In this document: piece by piece, positions 1 to 11,214 of the stretch | How the letters are laid out: each line of letters starts with the position of its first letter | How positions within the stretch are numbered: position 1 is the stretch's first letter | The notes under the pieces: generated by a model | The model's input: the letters and a program-made list of their open reading frames with translations, nothing else | What the model was told of the DNA's origin: nothing | Databases searched by the model: none | Program-made: the position numbers and the translations under genes | Origin: Camelus ferus | Taxonomy: Eukaryota | Assembly: GCF_009834535.1 (NCBI RefSeq) | Contig: NC_045697.1 | Location: 57,786,001-57,850,000 of the forward strand | Length of the DNA: 64,000 bases | Direction of reading: 5' to 3'

Positions 1-1056
1 ATCTAGAGATAACTACATCTTTAATGGAAAGGGTTATAGCTAGAATCCTACCAACCATCTTACATGACCTTTGCCTTTTCTCTAAGATAAGATAATGTGC
101 CTTTGAAAACAAGAATCAGATATACAATATTTAAGACCAGGGGATTAAAAAAAAAATTTAGGTAGATGGCCTGGATGTTACGGTAAACCAGAGACTCCTT
201 CCTTTCTGTCTCCACTACAAAGCTTCCTGTTTCCCTCACTCAACAGATTTCATTAATATTGGCTCTCATTTCTTGGAAAAATGTATCTCAAACAAGAACA
301 ACTCTTGGAAAGTCTTATTCAAATAAATGGCAATGAGCAAAAAGAATGAAAAGATGTAAAAATGGGGGGAAATATATGAATGATATATATTCAAAACTAA
401 AAGACATCTTAAAATATTTGAGTAAAAAAATGATTGTACACAGATTTGAAAATTTTTGTATGTCATGCAAAGTTATTACATCTAGTATTACAGCCAGATT
501 GGGATTTTGCCTTTAGCTTTTATCCTTCAAATGTTCCAACTCTTTGAGGAGTAAGTGCAAAATCTGAAAGAATTTCTACTCTGGAATCTCTATTTTTCCT
601 ATAATATACTCATCCAAATTGATGTGTTTGCTAATTTCCATTTCCTTTCAGAAGGAATTTTTATGGATATGTGTCTCCAAATATTTTTAATTTGTTACTT
701 TTAATTTGCCATGCTCTGGCAAGTGGAGGATAAATAAGTTGGGGGGTGTATAATTGTGACTAGAGTAGGGATAAGTTCTTACACTTGTCTGCAAATTTTC
801 TCATCTGTGTTCTGTATAGCTAAGGTTATCTCCTAGGTAACTACCAGGTAACTGATGTTTCACTAACATATTTTAAACATTCCTAAAACATTGAGTTTTT
901 AACAGCATCTAAACAGAAGACAATTCTCTACCAGAAATTCTAAAGTTTATTTGCTTTGAGCTTCCAATCCCTGTGGTTTTACTAAACTTCTCATGATTTT
1001 CAAGACTCCCAGTCTTGGTTGTCATTATTTAGTCTCTTATGTTAGCATTAAAAATC

Positions 1057-1130
1057 ATATACATATATATATATATATACACACACACACAAACACACAT
1101 ATGTGTATATATGTATATATGTATGCATAT
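1057..1130. repeat. Compound (TA)n(CA)n microsatellite
   Basis: Direct reading. Confidence 0.9.
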
Positions 1131-1683
1131 AGATATTTGAAATAAATATCATATATATTTAAAATATCTAATGTGATATATATTTAAAAGGAAAGTGATC
1201 TTGATTTATTTCTGTCTGCTTACTTGCAGTTAAAAAAAACACACTAGGAATTATTTAGATTCATGAAACCACTTCTCAAACTTCAGTCTACAAGATGCCA
1301 ATTGATGAATACAAAGTTATTAATTTGTATTTTGTAAATAATCTGTAAATTATTAATTTTTGATACTTGAATATTAAAAATATGAAAAATTTGTATTTAA
1401 AGAAAATTACATGAGTTGTTCTTCAGGAAACAAACTAGTACAATTTGTTGTAGCTTGTATTTATGCTTATAAAATAACATTTTGAAATTTTATTTTATTA
1501 CTAGCAACATTGTCCTTATTAAGCTTAGTTTTAAATTGGTAAAAAAGACAAATTATTCTTTTAAACCAAAGGATTTAATGGGAAAATACTCAAAATTCAT
1601 AGTTATCTGAAATTCACAACTAACTTTCTGTCCTCCTCTTTTTCATTAATTGCACTAGCATTCAGCAAAGTATCACAGAAGTA

Positions 1684-2487
1684 GTGATATAGATACTAAT
1701 TTTCCTCTGAATCTAGTTTCAACAAGGAGAGAGGTCTCCCACACAAGTAAGCAGTGCTCTGACACCAGCCGGATGTCCTACAGTTCAACTCCATTTTGAT
1801 ACTATCCAGGAGATAGCATCAGATTCCTCTGGTTAAGGAGTCATTCTTGACTGCCCTCTCCCCTCACTTCAGAAGCCAGCCACAAGCCCAGGTCACCTGT
1901 GCTTCTGACCAACTGGCTATAAGAGGTCCCCAGGACCTCCTCCCTGGGTTTGATTAGTTTTCTAGAGCAGCTCACAATTTAGAGAAGCATTTTATATGGA
2001 AGAGATGCATAGGGTAGGGAATGGAGAAGGGCAAGGAACTTCAATGCTCTCTCCCAGCACGCCACTCTTACCAAATCTCCAAGTGTTCATCAACCTAGAA
2101 GCTCTTCAGACCATGTCTTTTAGGTTTTTATGGAGGCTTCATTACATAGGCATCATTAGTTATTGGCCCTTGGCAATTGAAATCTATCTCCAGCCCCCTC
2201 TTCTCTTCCAGGAAGTGGGGAGAGAGGGTGGGACTGAAAGTTCCAACCCTTTAATCACATTGTTGGTTCTCCTGGCAACTAGGCCCCCATTTTAAGTTAC
2301 CAAAGAGCTTTCCAAAAGTTATCTCATTAACATAACAAAAGATACTTATTTAGATCTATCACAGGATATTCCAAGAGCTTTCGGAGCCTTGAACCAGGGA
2401 CCATGAACAAGTGCCAAATATGTCTGAGAAATATATTTTGGTCTCTGAATGACCAAATATATATTTCTTATAAATCACAATATCACT
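1684..2487. mobile_element. MER21-like solo LTR
   Basis: Motifs gacaccagc..gtcctac..ggagatagcatcagattcc and tgcttctgaccaactggctataa; ends ttcttataaatcacaatatcac. Confidence 0.75.
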
Positions 2488-2624
2488 GACAGAGAGAGAA
2501 AGCCCACATCAGATATGTAAAACTGGCACAAAAGCTCAGTTTCCATGAGGAAACATTTTTCAATGAATTTAATATAAATCCATAGTCAATAACCTAACAC
2601 CTATATTGTCAAAATTTTATATGA

Positions 2625-2990
2625 TGTAAAAACTAAAACAGAAACCTCAATTAAAATAGAGTCAGGGCTCTGAGGCCCTGTGACCATAGCCGAGCCCCAC
2701 AAGAAAAAGAAAGCCGCCTTCTTCTTTTCAGACAAGAGTTCAGCTAATGAGAGACTGTCACAACTCAGCCAACCAAAAGTTACTCCACTTCAAGCTCTCA
2801 GTTTCTCTAATTGACTCTGTTTACCATGGCCCTCCCAACTTCCTTTTCCCCTCTTTAAAAAAGGGGTTTACTCTCCTATTGTGCCAGGACTTGCATGTGG
2901 CTTGGCATGGTTGCAAAGCCTGAATTGCAATTCTTTGCTGATTCCAGATAAAGCCATTTTTGCTAGAAAAATAACTGGCAATTTTGTACA
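2625..2990 (+). mobile_element. ERV1-type solo LTR
   Basis: TG...CA ends, aaaatagagtcagg start motif, degenerate polyA signal gataaa near the 3' end. Confidence 0.6.
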
Positions 2991-3161
2991 CAGAACTGGC
3001 AATATAATTTTCAGGTCAGGCAAAATGGAAATGTGGGTCACTTTATTCAAAAATTATTAAAAATTCTAAGGCAACAACAGTAGAGCATTAGACCAAGTGC
3101 AGGGTCCTTCTAAACATAGGGTCCTTGTAACTACATGTCACATGCGCTCAAAGCCTGCTTG
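2991..3161 (-). mobile_element. MER91A-like hAT-Tip100 relic
   Basis: ttcaaaaattattaa...agagcattagaccaag...gggtccttctaa matches my recall of the consensus. Confidence 0.65.
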
Positions 3162-3327
3162 TACATGAGGTTTAAAGTAGGTAGACATAAAATTATCCAG
3201 TAATGTGATCCTATTTCCTGTCACACACTAGAATAAGTTTAATTATATTCAATTAATGTTAAAAACCACTTGTTAGCAGTCAGACAGTATATCATCAAAT
3301 AACTTTAACCATGACCATCTCCTTTAG

Positions 3328-3460
3328 GTATCAGTGTAAGTCTTCAGTTACAAAGACATAGAGAGAGCCTTCTTTTACAGCTGAGAATGCAAGGATAGAA
3401 CTAGAATATAAATAAAACATGGCAAAGATCAAATTGACCAGACATACATACATTGGAAAT
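3328..3460 (+). pseudogene. Myosin pseudo-exon, motor N-terminus
   Basis: Acceptor ctcctttag, donor AAT|gtaatt. With frameshifts reads ESLLLQLR...KDQI..TYIGN, like myosin ExSLLxNL..RY..xxIYTYIG. Confidence 0.45.
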
Positions 3461-3759
3461 GTAATTGTATTTTCTAAGAAAAATACGTATCAAATGAATG
3501 TCTCAAAATATTGCCTTTGAACAGCTCCATCCTATTGACTTGGAACTATAGCACTGAATTTAAATTATATGTAGCCATAAACATATTTAAAGGTGTTCTG
3601 TCCTTTAAATATTATATTTCCTTATTTGTTACTCAGTATGTCATGATGTCAGAATGGCGTATTGTGGAACTAACGGTCTTAAAACTGTATTTACCCATAC
3701 TAAATCCCATTCTGATTCCATATACCTGTGTTTACTGGCTGTGCTGATTTTACATTCAG

Positions 3760-3832
3760 CAGCAGCTTTGTCATCAATCCCCTGTATTACTCTGCCAGAC
3801 TGCTCCACCTCTGACGTTAGATTCTGCATGAA
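3760..3832 (+). pseudogene. Myosin pseudo-exon (VxINPYxxLP region)
   Basis: Branch-like ctgat, tandem cagcagcag acceptor, donor GAA|gtaagt. Reads VINP(fs)CITLPDCSTSDVRFCMK. Confidence 0.4.
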
Positions 3833-4794
3833 GTAAGTTACAAAACAAAGAAATAGAACAAAAAAACTATTATTTTATAGTTATTTCTTCAGAATCTCTC
3901 TATCTTTTGGAATTCTGTCTGTAAAGTCCTGATAGATATTAAGTGAGCAATATTAGCTTCAAATAGATTTTTTTCTGTTAAGAGTTATGAGAAGAATTCA
4001 AACAACAACATGCTTATTCCACTAAAAGAGTATACACAACCAGCCAAGTAGTGAGAACATTCTAGCATCCTAGCACAGATGATCTCCCCTTGTTAATCTG
4101 TTTCGTGCTAATTTACTTGCAAAATAGGCAGATAAAAAGGAACCCATATGAGTGATTTTATATTTTTTGCATCCTGGTCATAGAATTGCTAGTTAACTGT
4201 CTTTTATTTTAAAACCCTTTATTTTTCTTAAAATAAATTCGCAATCAATGTACAAAACCCAGCTATATGATGGGAATATTGGGAAATAGAAATAAGTAAA
4301 ATAAGAAGAGACATCCATTGTTTCATTAACCATATGTTTCAATAATTATTACCTGATATATATTCTAACAGAATGTGTGCTGTGCATATTGGAGTAAAAA
4401 AGTATACTGTTTGAAAACATGTTTTAACCTTATAATATATAGTGTTTATCCTTAAAATTAAGTGTTCATTTAGCATATAATTTAATGGCCGCATACATAA
4501 ATGCATTAAGTTTACTTAACATATCTTAAATTATTTGATATTTATGTATATACATATGTGAAAGGATACAGCTAATTCTTTGTTAAGAAATGCAAGTATA
4601 TCTTTAGAGTGTCTTCAAAGAGTAAAAATCTGGAGCAAAGATATACATATTTTTCACATATTTTTTAAGTTTTCAAAACATATTATCCAATTGACCTCCA
4701 ACATGAGTTTCAATTTTTTCTTTTTAACAAAATTATTGAAATTAAATATTTTGCATACAATCTATCAATATTGTATATTATTATCATTTTATAT

Positions 4795-4980
4795 AAGTGC
4801 CCCTATTAAACTTATAAAAAACCTATGTGATAGGTATTATTTTACTTCCCTTTTATAAAAGTACAGCACAGAAAGTTTGAACAATTTGCTTCTGGTTATG
4901 TTGTATTGTAGTTGGAAAGTGAGTGACCTGTGATTTGAGTCAATGCAGGCTCAATCCAGTCTATACACTTACATACTTAG
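4795..4980 (-). mobile_element. MIR fragment
   Basis: Core aacctatgtgataggtattatt...cacagaaagtt...aatttgc. Confidence 0.55.
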
Positions 4981-5499
4981 GCATGTTTATAATACATTAA
5001 AATTTTATATATTAAGATCATGAAAACATTTTAATAAGACACAAACAAGTTGATGTCAAAGCTACCAGAAATCATTGCACATTATTCTTCATGACTAGTG
5101 CTTTTACTTCCAAACTAATTCAGCCTCTCTGAAAGAGAAAGCAAGTATGTTGCTACTAGCTAGTCATTATACTAAATGTCTAAGTGTTTAAATGTCTTTT
5201 AAAGGTTTTGTGATCTAAAGCTTAGGAAATGTGCTATGCTGAAAGACAAATGGTGGAACATTATTACTAATAGGAATAATGATTTTTTCTACTCTCATCA
5301 AGTTTAAGTGTGCATTTCTTTCCTCTTGCAAGGCATTTATCTCCCTCAATTTTTATTATATTGTTATCTGTGTCCAGGTGTTTCTTCTCCACTACACTGA
5401 AAACTACTTAATGGTTAGAACCATTTGTGCTGATCATTGGATCCCCCCCTAATCCTGGTACACTTCCTGTTACACATTCATGTTTGCATTTATTGATTC

Positions 5500-6925
5500 A
5501 GTAAAGATTTATTTAACACATATTATTTGACTACCAAATGGATGGGACTGGGGATTTAATAGAGTATAAGACAGACAGGCTTTGTGAACTTGCTGGCCTT
5601 GTACTTTAGAAGAAATGACATATCAACTAATAAATAGTTGAGATACCTAAGTATATTTTTAGAATGTACCAAAATGACTCACCAAGCATGTTGTGAATGA
5701 AATAAATTAGGAAAAATCCTAGGTGTGGTGAAAGCTTGTTGAGCAGATGTTCAGACTCAGGATTGATCTGATATGCAGTCTTGTGGCCATATATGCTGGG
5801 GAAACGATAGTGAGAAGGTGGAGAAGGGGCTGTATTAGATGGCACAGTCAAGAAAAGCTTCTCTGAAATATAGATTTAAGTGTCTTGCGGCATGATAAGT
5901 AGCTCACTTGAGAAAAAAAAAAAAGGTAAGAACAGCCTGCTGCAAGGGACTAGAAAGCACAAAAGTCCCGAGGCATGAGAGAGCTTGATGTAATTTGGAA
6001 AGAATAGGAGAAGACAAAAGAGACTGTAAAGTAGTAAACATTTAAGCTAGATGGGAGGTTCCTGACTAAAAGTTTGGAAATGAAGGCCGAAACAGGTTCT
6101 TTCAGGTATTGCAGGCTAAGGAATTTAGAGTCTAACAAAAGTTAAAAAAAAAAAAAGGAAGAAAGAAAGAAAAAAGTTTTAAGCAGTGACACAAGCCTCA
6201 TGATCTAATTTACAAATTTTTAAAACTTCACTCTGACCTCTACATTTGAATGGGTTGGAGGGAATATTTGTTGAAAAGAAGGAGACCATTTGAGAGGTAG
6301 TTACTCTCAACTAGGCTGATGCGATGGCAGTTTGAACTAAGATGGAAATAGTGGAGGTGCTATTGGAGAGGAAGAAAACTTTCCTCTATGCTTCTGGGTT
6401 CTTCTGGCTAGTCTAAGAATTAGATTAACATGAGAAAGAGTAACTTTATTAATTGAATTAAATCAAATTTAATTTAGTACATATGGTATCCCCACTAAGT
6501 GAGAAGTTTAAAGACAGAAAGGTAAAAATGAGGTACATATGATATCCTGAGCTAAGGAGTAAGGCAGGGGTCTGGGTGTTCCGAGGGCATGGAGGGTCAT
6601 TCATAAAACAAGAAGAGGAACATATTTGGTAATTAGATGTTTGCCCTGCCATACAGATGGAGCCACTTAGATAAAATTTATTTCTGGTAATAACTCTCTT
6701 TGGGGGAAAAATCCCCCATTTAAATTCTTTTAGGTAGTTAAGGGAGGGGCAGTAGTTTTTCTTGAGCCTGTGGGATCTCCACTGCCTTTAATACAAAATA
6801 ATTCACATGCCCAAATAATACATCTTGGGTTGGCCTATTCTGAAACCCATAGTGGCATAAAGGAGTGTATTTGAGATATATTTTGGAGTTAGAAATGATA
6901 GAATTCTATGAAGATTAAGTGATTC
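5500..6925 (-). mobile_element. L2 3' region interrupted by an LTR
   Basis: L2-like text on both sides of 6361-6851. Confidence 0.55.
6361..6851 (-). mobile_element. ERV1-type solo LTR
   Basis: Ends aaaataattcacatgcc...ttgggttggcctattctgaaaccc, typical of reversed MER4-group LTRs. Confidence 0.6.
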
Positions 6926-8307
6926 TTTTGTTCTCTATAAATTTTGAGTTCCTGAAAGGACTATTTTTAAACTATCTTTTAATGCCTTATGTCTATAACA
7001 GAGCCTGACCAAAATGCTCAAAGACTGTTAAAAGAAAAAAAAAAGTTTCCTGTGGATAGTAAGTATCAAAACTGATTATTTAACTAAAGCTTCTCCTTGA
7101 CCCATACATACCTATCTTAACTTTCATTCCTAAATCAGCACATTCCATTCTCTTACTTCCATTTCTGATACCAAACTTAATTTAATTCCAACAGAAAAAT
7201 TTAAGGAATTTCTGTGTTTTGGACATTAAGTTCTATGTTGGAACTCAAAAATAAATAAATCATGTGCTCTTTTTCTCAAGGACTTCATAATCCACAGGGA
7301 AACAAAACTTACAAATTTTAATTGCGTATAATTCTGGTTTCCTTTAATATTGGCTTATTGCAAACCAAAATTTTCTGAGAAAGGTTGAACATTAAAAAAA
7401 AGAAAAAAATCTGTTTGAAGGTACCATAATAGAACTTGCTGAGATAAAATTCTGGAAAGGAGGAAATTCCAGAGAGAGAACCTAATATTTGATGTTACTT
7501 TTTCCCTTGAGGTATTGGTCTATTCAAAAGCCATGATTAATGTGCTGAGAAGCTTCACAGTAAGAAGTAGCAGCTGAGATGCTGAGAACCAGAGCAGCCT
7601 GAGCAGAGTTTCTGACAGTTTCATGCATCTGGGGCAACAGAACTTTGAATTTAGTTTCTGCCAAAGAGAAGCTCTGATAAACATCTCATTCTTTCAATTG
7701 TGATTGTGAAATGACACATACTATAAGTAAATAAGATGCAGAAATTGGACATTATAAATTAATCCTAGATATGAAACAAATCACCCCAGATATTGGTAGC
7801 TTAAAATAGCAATCACTATGTAGGTTGGCAGCTTGAGCTGGTTTTGCCTTGGTTCATTGCAGTAGTGGACATTTTGACTGGGGTGCATCACCTTCATTCA
7901 TATCACTGATGTTTGGTAGGCTGACTATCAGCCAGACTGAGTGATTTTCCAGAAGTCTTCTCTAATAGGCTACTCAAGCCTTCAGCCAAATTCAGGAGCA
8001 ATTATGCCCAGCAACCCAATACCCAGGTGTCATGTGGACACAGTGTAACTCCCTTTGAGGGGATCACATGTGTCATCATTGGGGATCTGAGACTGAAACT
8101 AAGGCATGTCTTCCCGCTGCCCCTGGTTGGCCTTCCCATAGAATCAGATGCCCGGGGACAGTGGGAGCCATGGCCATCTTGCCCATTGTCTCCTCAGTAG
8201 CACTGTCCTCTTGACACCCCTACAAGGCAGCAGACACTGCACCAGGGCTTTGTCCCTCCTTGCTGACTTCCAGGGTCAACAGTAATGTTCTCTAGCATCA
8301 CTTTCAG

Positions 8308-9989
8308 TTTGGTGAAGGAAAGTGGTCAGCCCTGTGAGCCGAGAGGCAAGACCAGGAAAAAATGAAATGAGGATGCAGGATCTGAGTTCAGGAAGAGGCA
8401 CTGAGGATGCTCGAGTGTGAACAGGTCCCAGAGTAGGTACATGACTGGTATCTTGACCTCTTCCAGTCAGCTAGTTTCTCTGAAGTGGGCTGGGGAGCCC
8501 TGTGAACTTTTCACAGATCAGGAACCCCATTATTGGAAGTCCTGTGAGTTGCTGGCAAGAACAGGAAACACCCAACATCTGACCTCTCCTCCCCATTCTG
8601 TTTGTGAGGTGAACCTTGGGTAATTTCTTATCAACTGAGGCTCCAAGGGCTCTCCTACCCATATCAGAACAGAACACCAGCTGCCCCAGTCATCTGGTGG
8701 TACCCTATGGGAATCCTTCATGCTTTTAGCTCTCGCCCAGCAGGAAGTCTGAAAACTCCTCCTTTTTGGCTGAAAACTCCACCTCATAGAGCCATGCCAC
8801 TCCCTAAGGGACCAAGTTGGTCAGGAACTAATGTGGCTAAGCTGGTCTGGCCCAGAGGCGGCCCTGTCTAACCTCCTGTGGGACATTCTGACTGAGGAGG
8901 GACTGTTTCAAGCATGAGCCATTACATATTCAAGGGGGACCCCCAATTATATCAGAGTCCGCACCATTTGGGCACCTCCCATTCCAGCCTTTGAGGAATC
9001 CATTAACAGCTTGGTGCTGGTTCCAAATGTGCCAAATTGGAAATTTTATTTGGGTCAAATTTTGCAGCATTGCATACCAACAGATCACTCTAGTTGCCCC
9101 TCAGTAGTTGGAAACAAATCCAAAACAGAACATCCCAAGTACAGGAAACCAACCATCCCGCAGACTGAAGGATAGCCCATTAGGGTGTATCCTGCAGAAA
9201 CATTTGATCTTCCATCTAACACAGCCTGGCCCCAATACCAGCTGGGAAATGGGGAAAGTTGCCCTCCATCTGTCAGTGGTTCACAAACTAGGGTGACCTA
9301 CCTACGTTTCATTCTCACAGAAGGTCAGAGAATCCTACCCCAGGACAGGAAGGAAGCTATTTGCAGCCTCACCCCTCCTAAAACTAGAAGACAGCTAGTT
9401 GCCACATCTGTATCTCTAACTATGGTCTAATAGCTCGGCTTCTAAGTGAAATGTTGAAAAGAAAGGATGATGATCCTTTTGAAAGGAATTTGGAATGTGA
9501 AGGGGCCTTTCAAGAATTAGAAAAGCAATTATTTCAGGCCCCTGCCCTGGCCCTCCCAGATTTAGTGAAACCCTTCAACCTTTACATTCGTAAGAGGAGA
9601 GTCACCCTTGGGGTATTAGCTCAAAAACTGGGACCCCTTTCTCAAGTGTTTGCTTATTTCTCTAAACCATTAGGTCAACCTGCTAAGGGACGACCTCCTT
9701 GTCTACAGGCAGCAGCCACCACTACAACCCTGCTAAATAAAGTAGGCTGAAAAGTTACCGTTTAGTCAGCCAGTCACTGTATGGACTCCTTACCCGGTTC
9801 AGGCTTTAGTAAGTTCTAAGCCGACAGAATGGCCATCCCCTGCAAGGTTGGTTCAAGTTCAAGCTATGCTTTTAGACAACCCAGCAGCTGCCATAAAAAC
9901 CTGTCACTTGCTAAATCCTGCCACCCTGCTACCCACAGAAATGGGCCCCCTGGAGCATGATTGTATAGAAACCGCAGAAACGATCTATG
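8308..9989 (+). mobile_element. Class I (gamma-like) ERV internal remnant: leader, gag MA stub, RT thumb and connection
   Basis: GNQPS..DSPLGCIL..NTAWPQYQLGNGE (MA). VTYLRFILTEGQRILPQDRKEAICSLTPPKTRRQL and APALALPDLVKPFNLY..AYFSKPL..LNPATLLP..HDCIE (pol). Confidence 0.9.
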
Positions 9990-10613
9990 TTATATGATGT
10001 GTATACAGGATTCATTACTTTCAATATTTCTTTCCCTTGTGAGATTGTAAGCTCCATGATACCAGGGGCTATTGTGCATTTTACCTACCGTTCTATCCAT
10101 ATTGACGCTCACAGTGCCTCACAGACTTCTGTCTCATAGAATAGCTAGTTGAACAACTGAATTAGTGTTCTGCTTCTGTGTTTTATAATTTCTTGAAAAT
10201 ATCTTGCATTGTATCCTAAAATTTTTATTCAGCAGATTCTTTGGCCTTCCTGATTTCCAAAATTCCCTTGTCTTTATATTTCTATATTTACTAAAAGAGA
10301 ATCTACACTTCAGGGCTCTTTGACAGTCTCTTCAACTCCATTTCAATCTCTCAGAGTTAACTCTGGCTAAATAAATATTGATGTGATCATCACATCTGTT
10401 TTTCTTTACAAAGCTTTGCAGAAACTTTATCTCTAATTTAGAATTTTATTGTGTAAAGGTCTAGATAATATTTTCTTGCATCAAAGAACTCATAAAAATA
10501 TTATAGTGAGCACATACTGTCTATTTTTGTGATGCATACTGTGTGTCAAGCTGTTTTTTGTTAGTCTAATTTCTGTAATGCTTCTAGGGTTTTAATAATA
10601 CCACTTTCAATAG

Positions 10614-10671
10614 AAAGATCAAGTAGATCAGGTGAATGCTGCTGGATTTGGTGTCCTGCCAACAGGGCAAG
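10614..10671 (+). pseudogene. Possible myosin pseudo-exon, 5' part (LEAFGNAKT region), cut by the provirus; continues at 13381
   Basis: Acceptor ctttcaatag. Open frame KDQVDQVNAAGFGVLPT resembles xxQILQVNPxLEAFGNAKT. After the right TSD it reads GK(fs)Y*HVYF, resembling GKYIxIxF. Confidence 0.3.
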
Positions 10672-10926
10672 TGGCCAAAAGGCCACTTACGATGGCTCTT
10701 CTCTTGCTCTTCACACATTCCCTACTCAGTCAGTTCCTGCTTCTCCTACACTCTACTTACATGAACGTGCTTGCCTCCTGCCCCAGCTCATGATGTTTCT
10801 AATCCTTAAGCCAGAACAGCTTCACCTGCAGTTTGTTAAAGGAAAACATCTTCCCTTTGATGGTCATTAACCTGAGGGTCTATGAGGCATGTGCCCCAGC
10901 TGCTGGTTTCCCTGGTAACTAATGAG

Positions 10927-10964
10927 CCAATCTGACGTCACTTCCTCCTATAAACCTGACGTCA
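10927..10964 (+). promoter_or_regulatory. LTR promoter module: CCAAT, CRE, TATA, CRE
   Basis: CCAAT 10927-31, TGACGTCA 10933-40 and 10957-64, TATAAA 10949-54. Confidence 0.55.
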
Positions 10965-11196
10965 GTTCCGTCAGTTCCATCAGTTCCTCCTCCTCCCCCC
11001 CTGGAGTAGCAAAGATTGCTGTCATGTCCTGCCTGCTGTCTGCTATACACAGTGGAGTATCACTCCAAGACCTTTTGCTGTGGACACGTAAGATCCCCTA
11101 TCCAACCACTGATGTCTGTGTCACTGTCTCTGGGCTGTTTGTGTCAAGGATGAGCAACTACAAGGCTTGCAAGACTGCAGAGTGCAGCCCAACAAT

Positions 11197-11214
11197 TGGC
11201 AAGCCAGTCAGGGA
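11197..11214 (+). other. Primer binding site, tRNA-Arg-like
   Basis: tggcaagccagtcaggga two bases after the 5' LTR, versus TGGCGAGCCAGCCAGGAG. Confidence 0.65.

Noticed and set aside
5040..5090. Possible myosin P-loop exon (KATR..IIAHY, cf. KTEATKxIxxYL)
   Set aside because: GESG is not recognisable; too degenerate to call.
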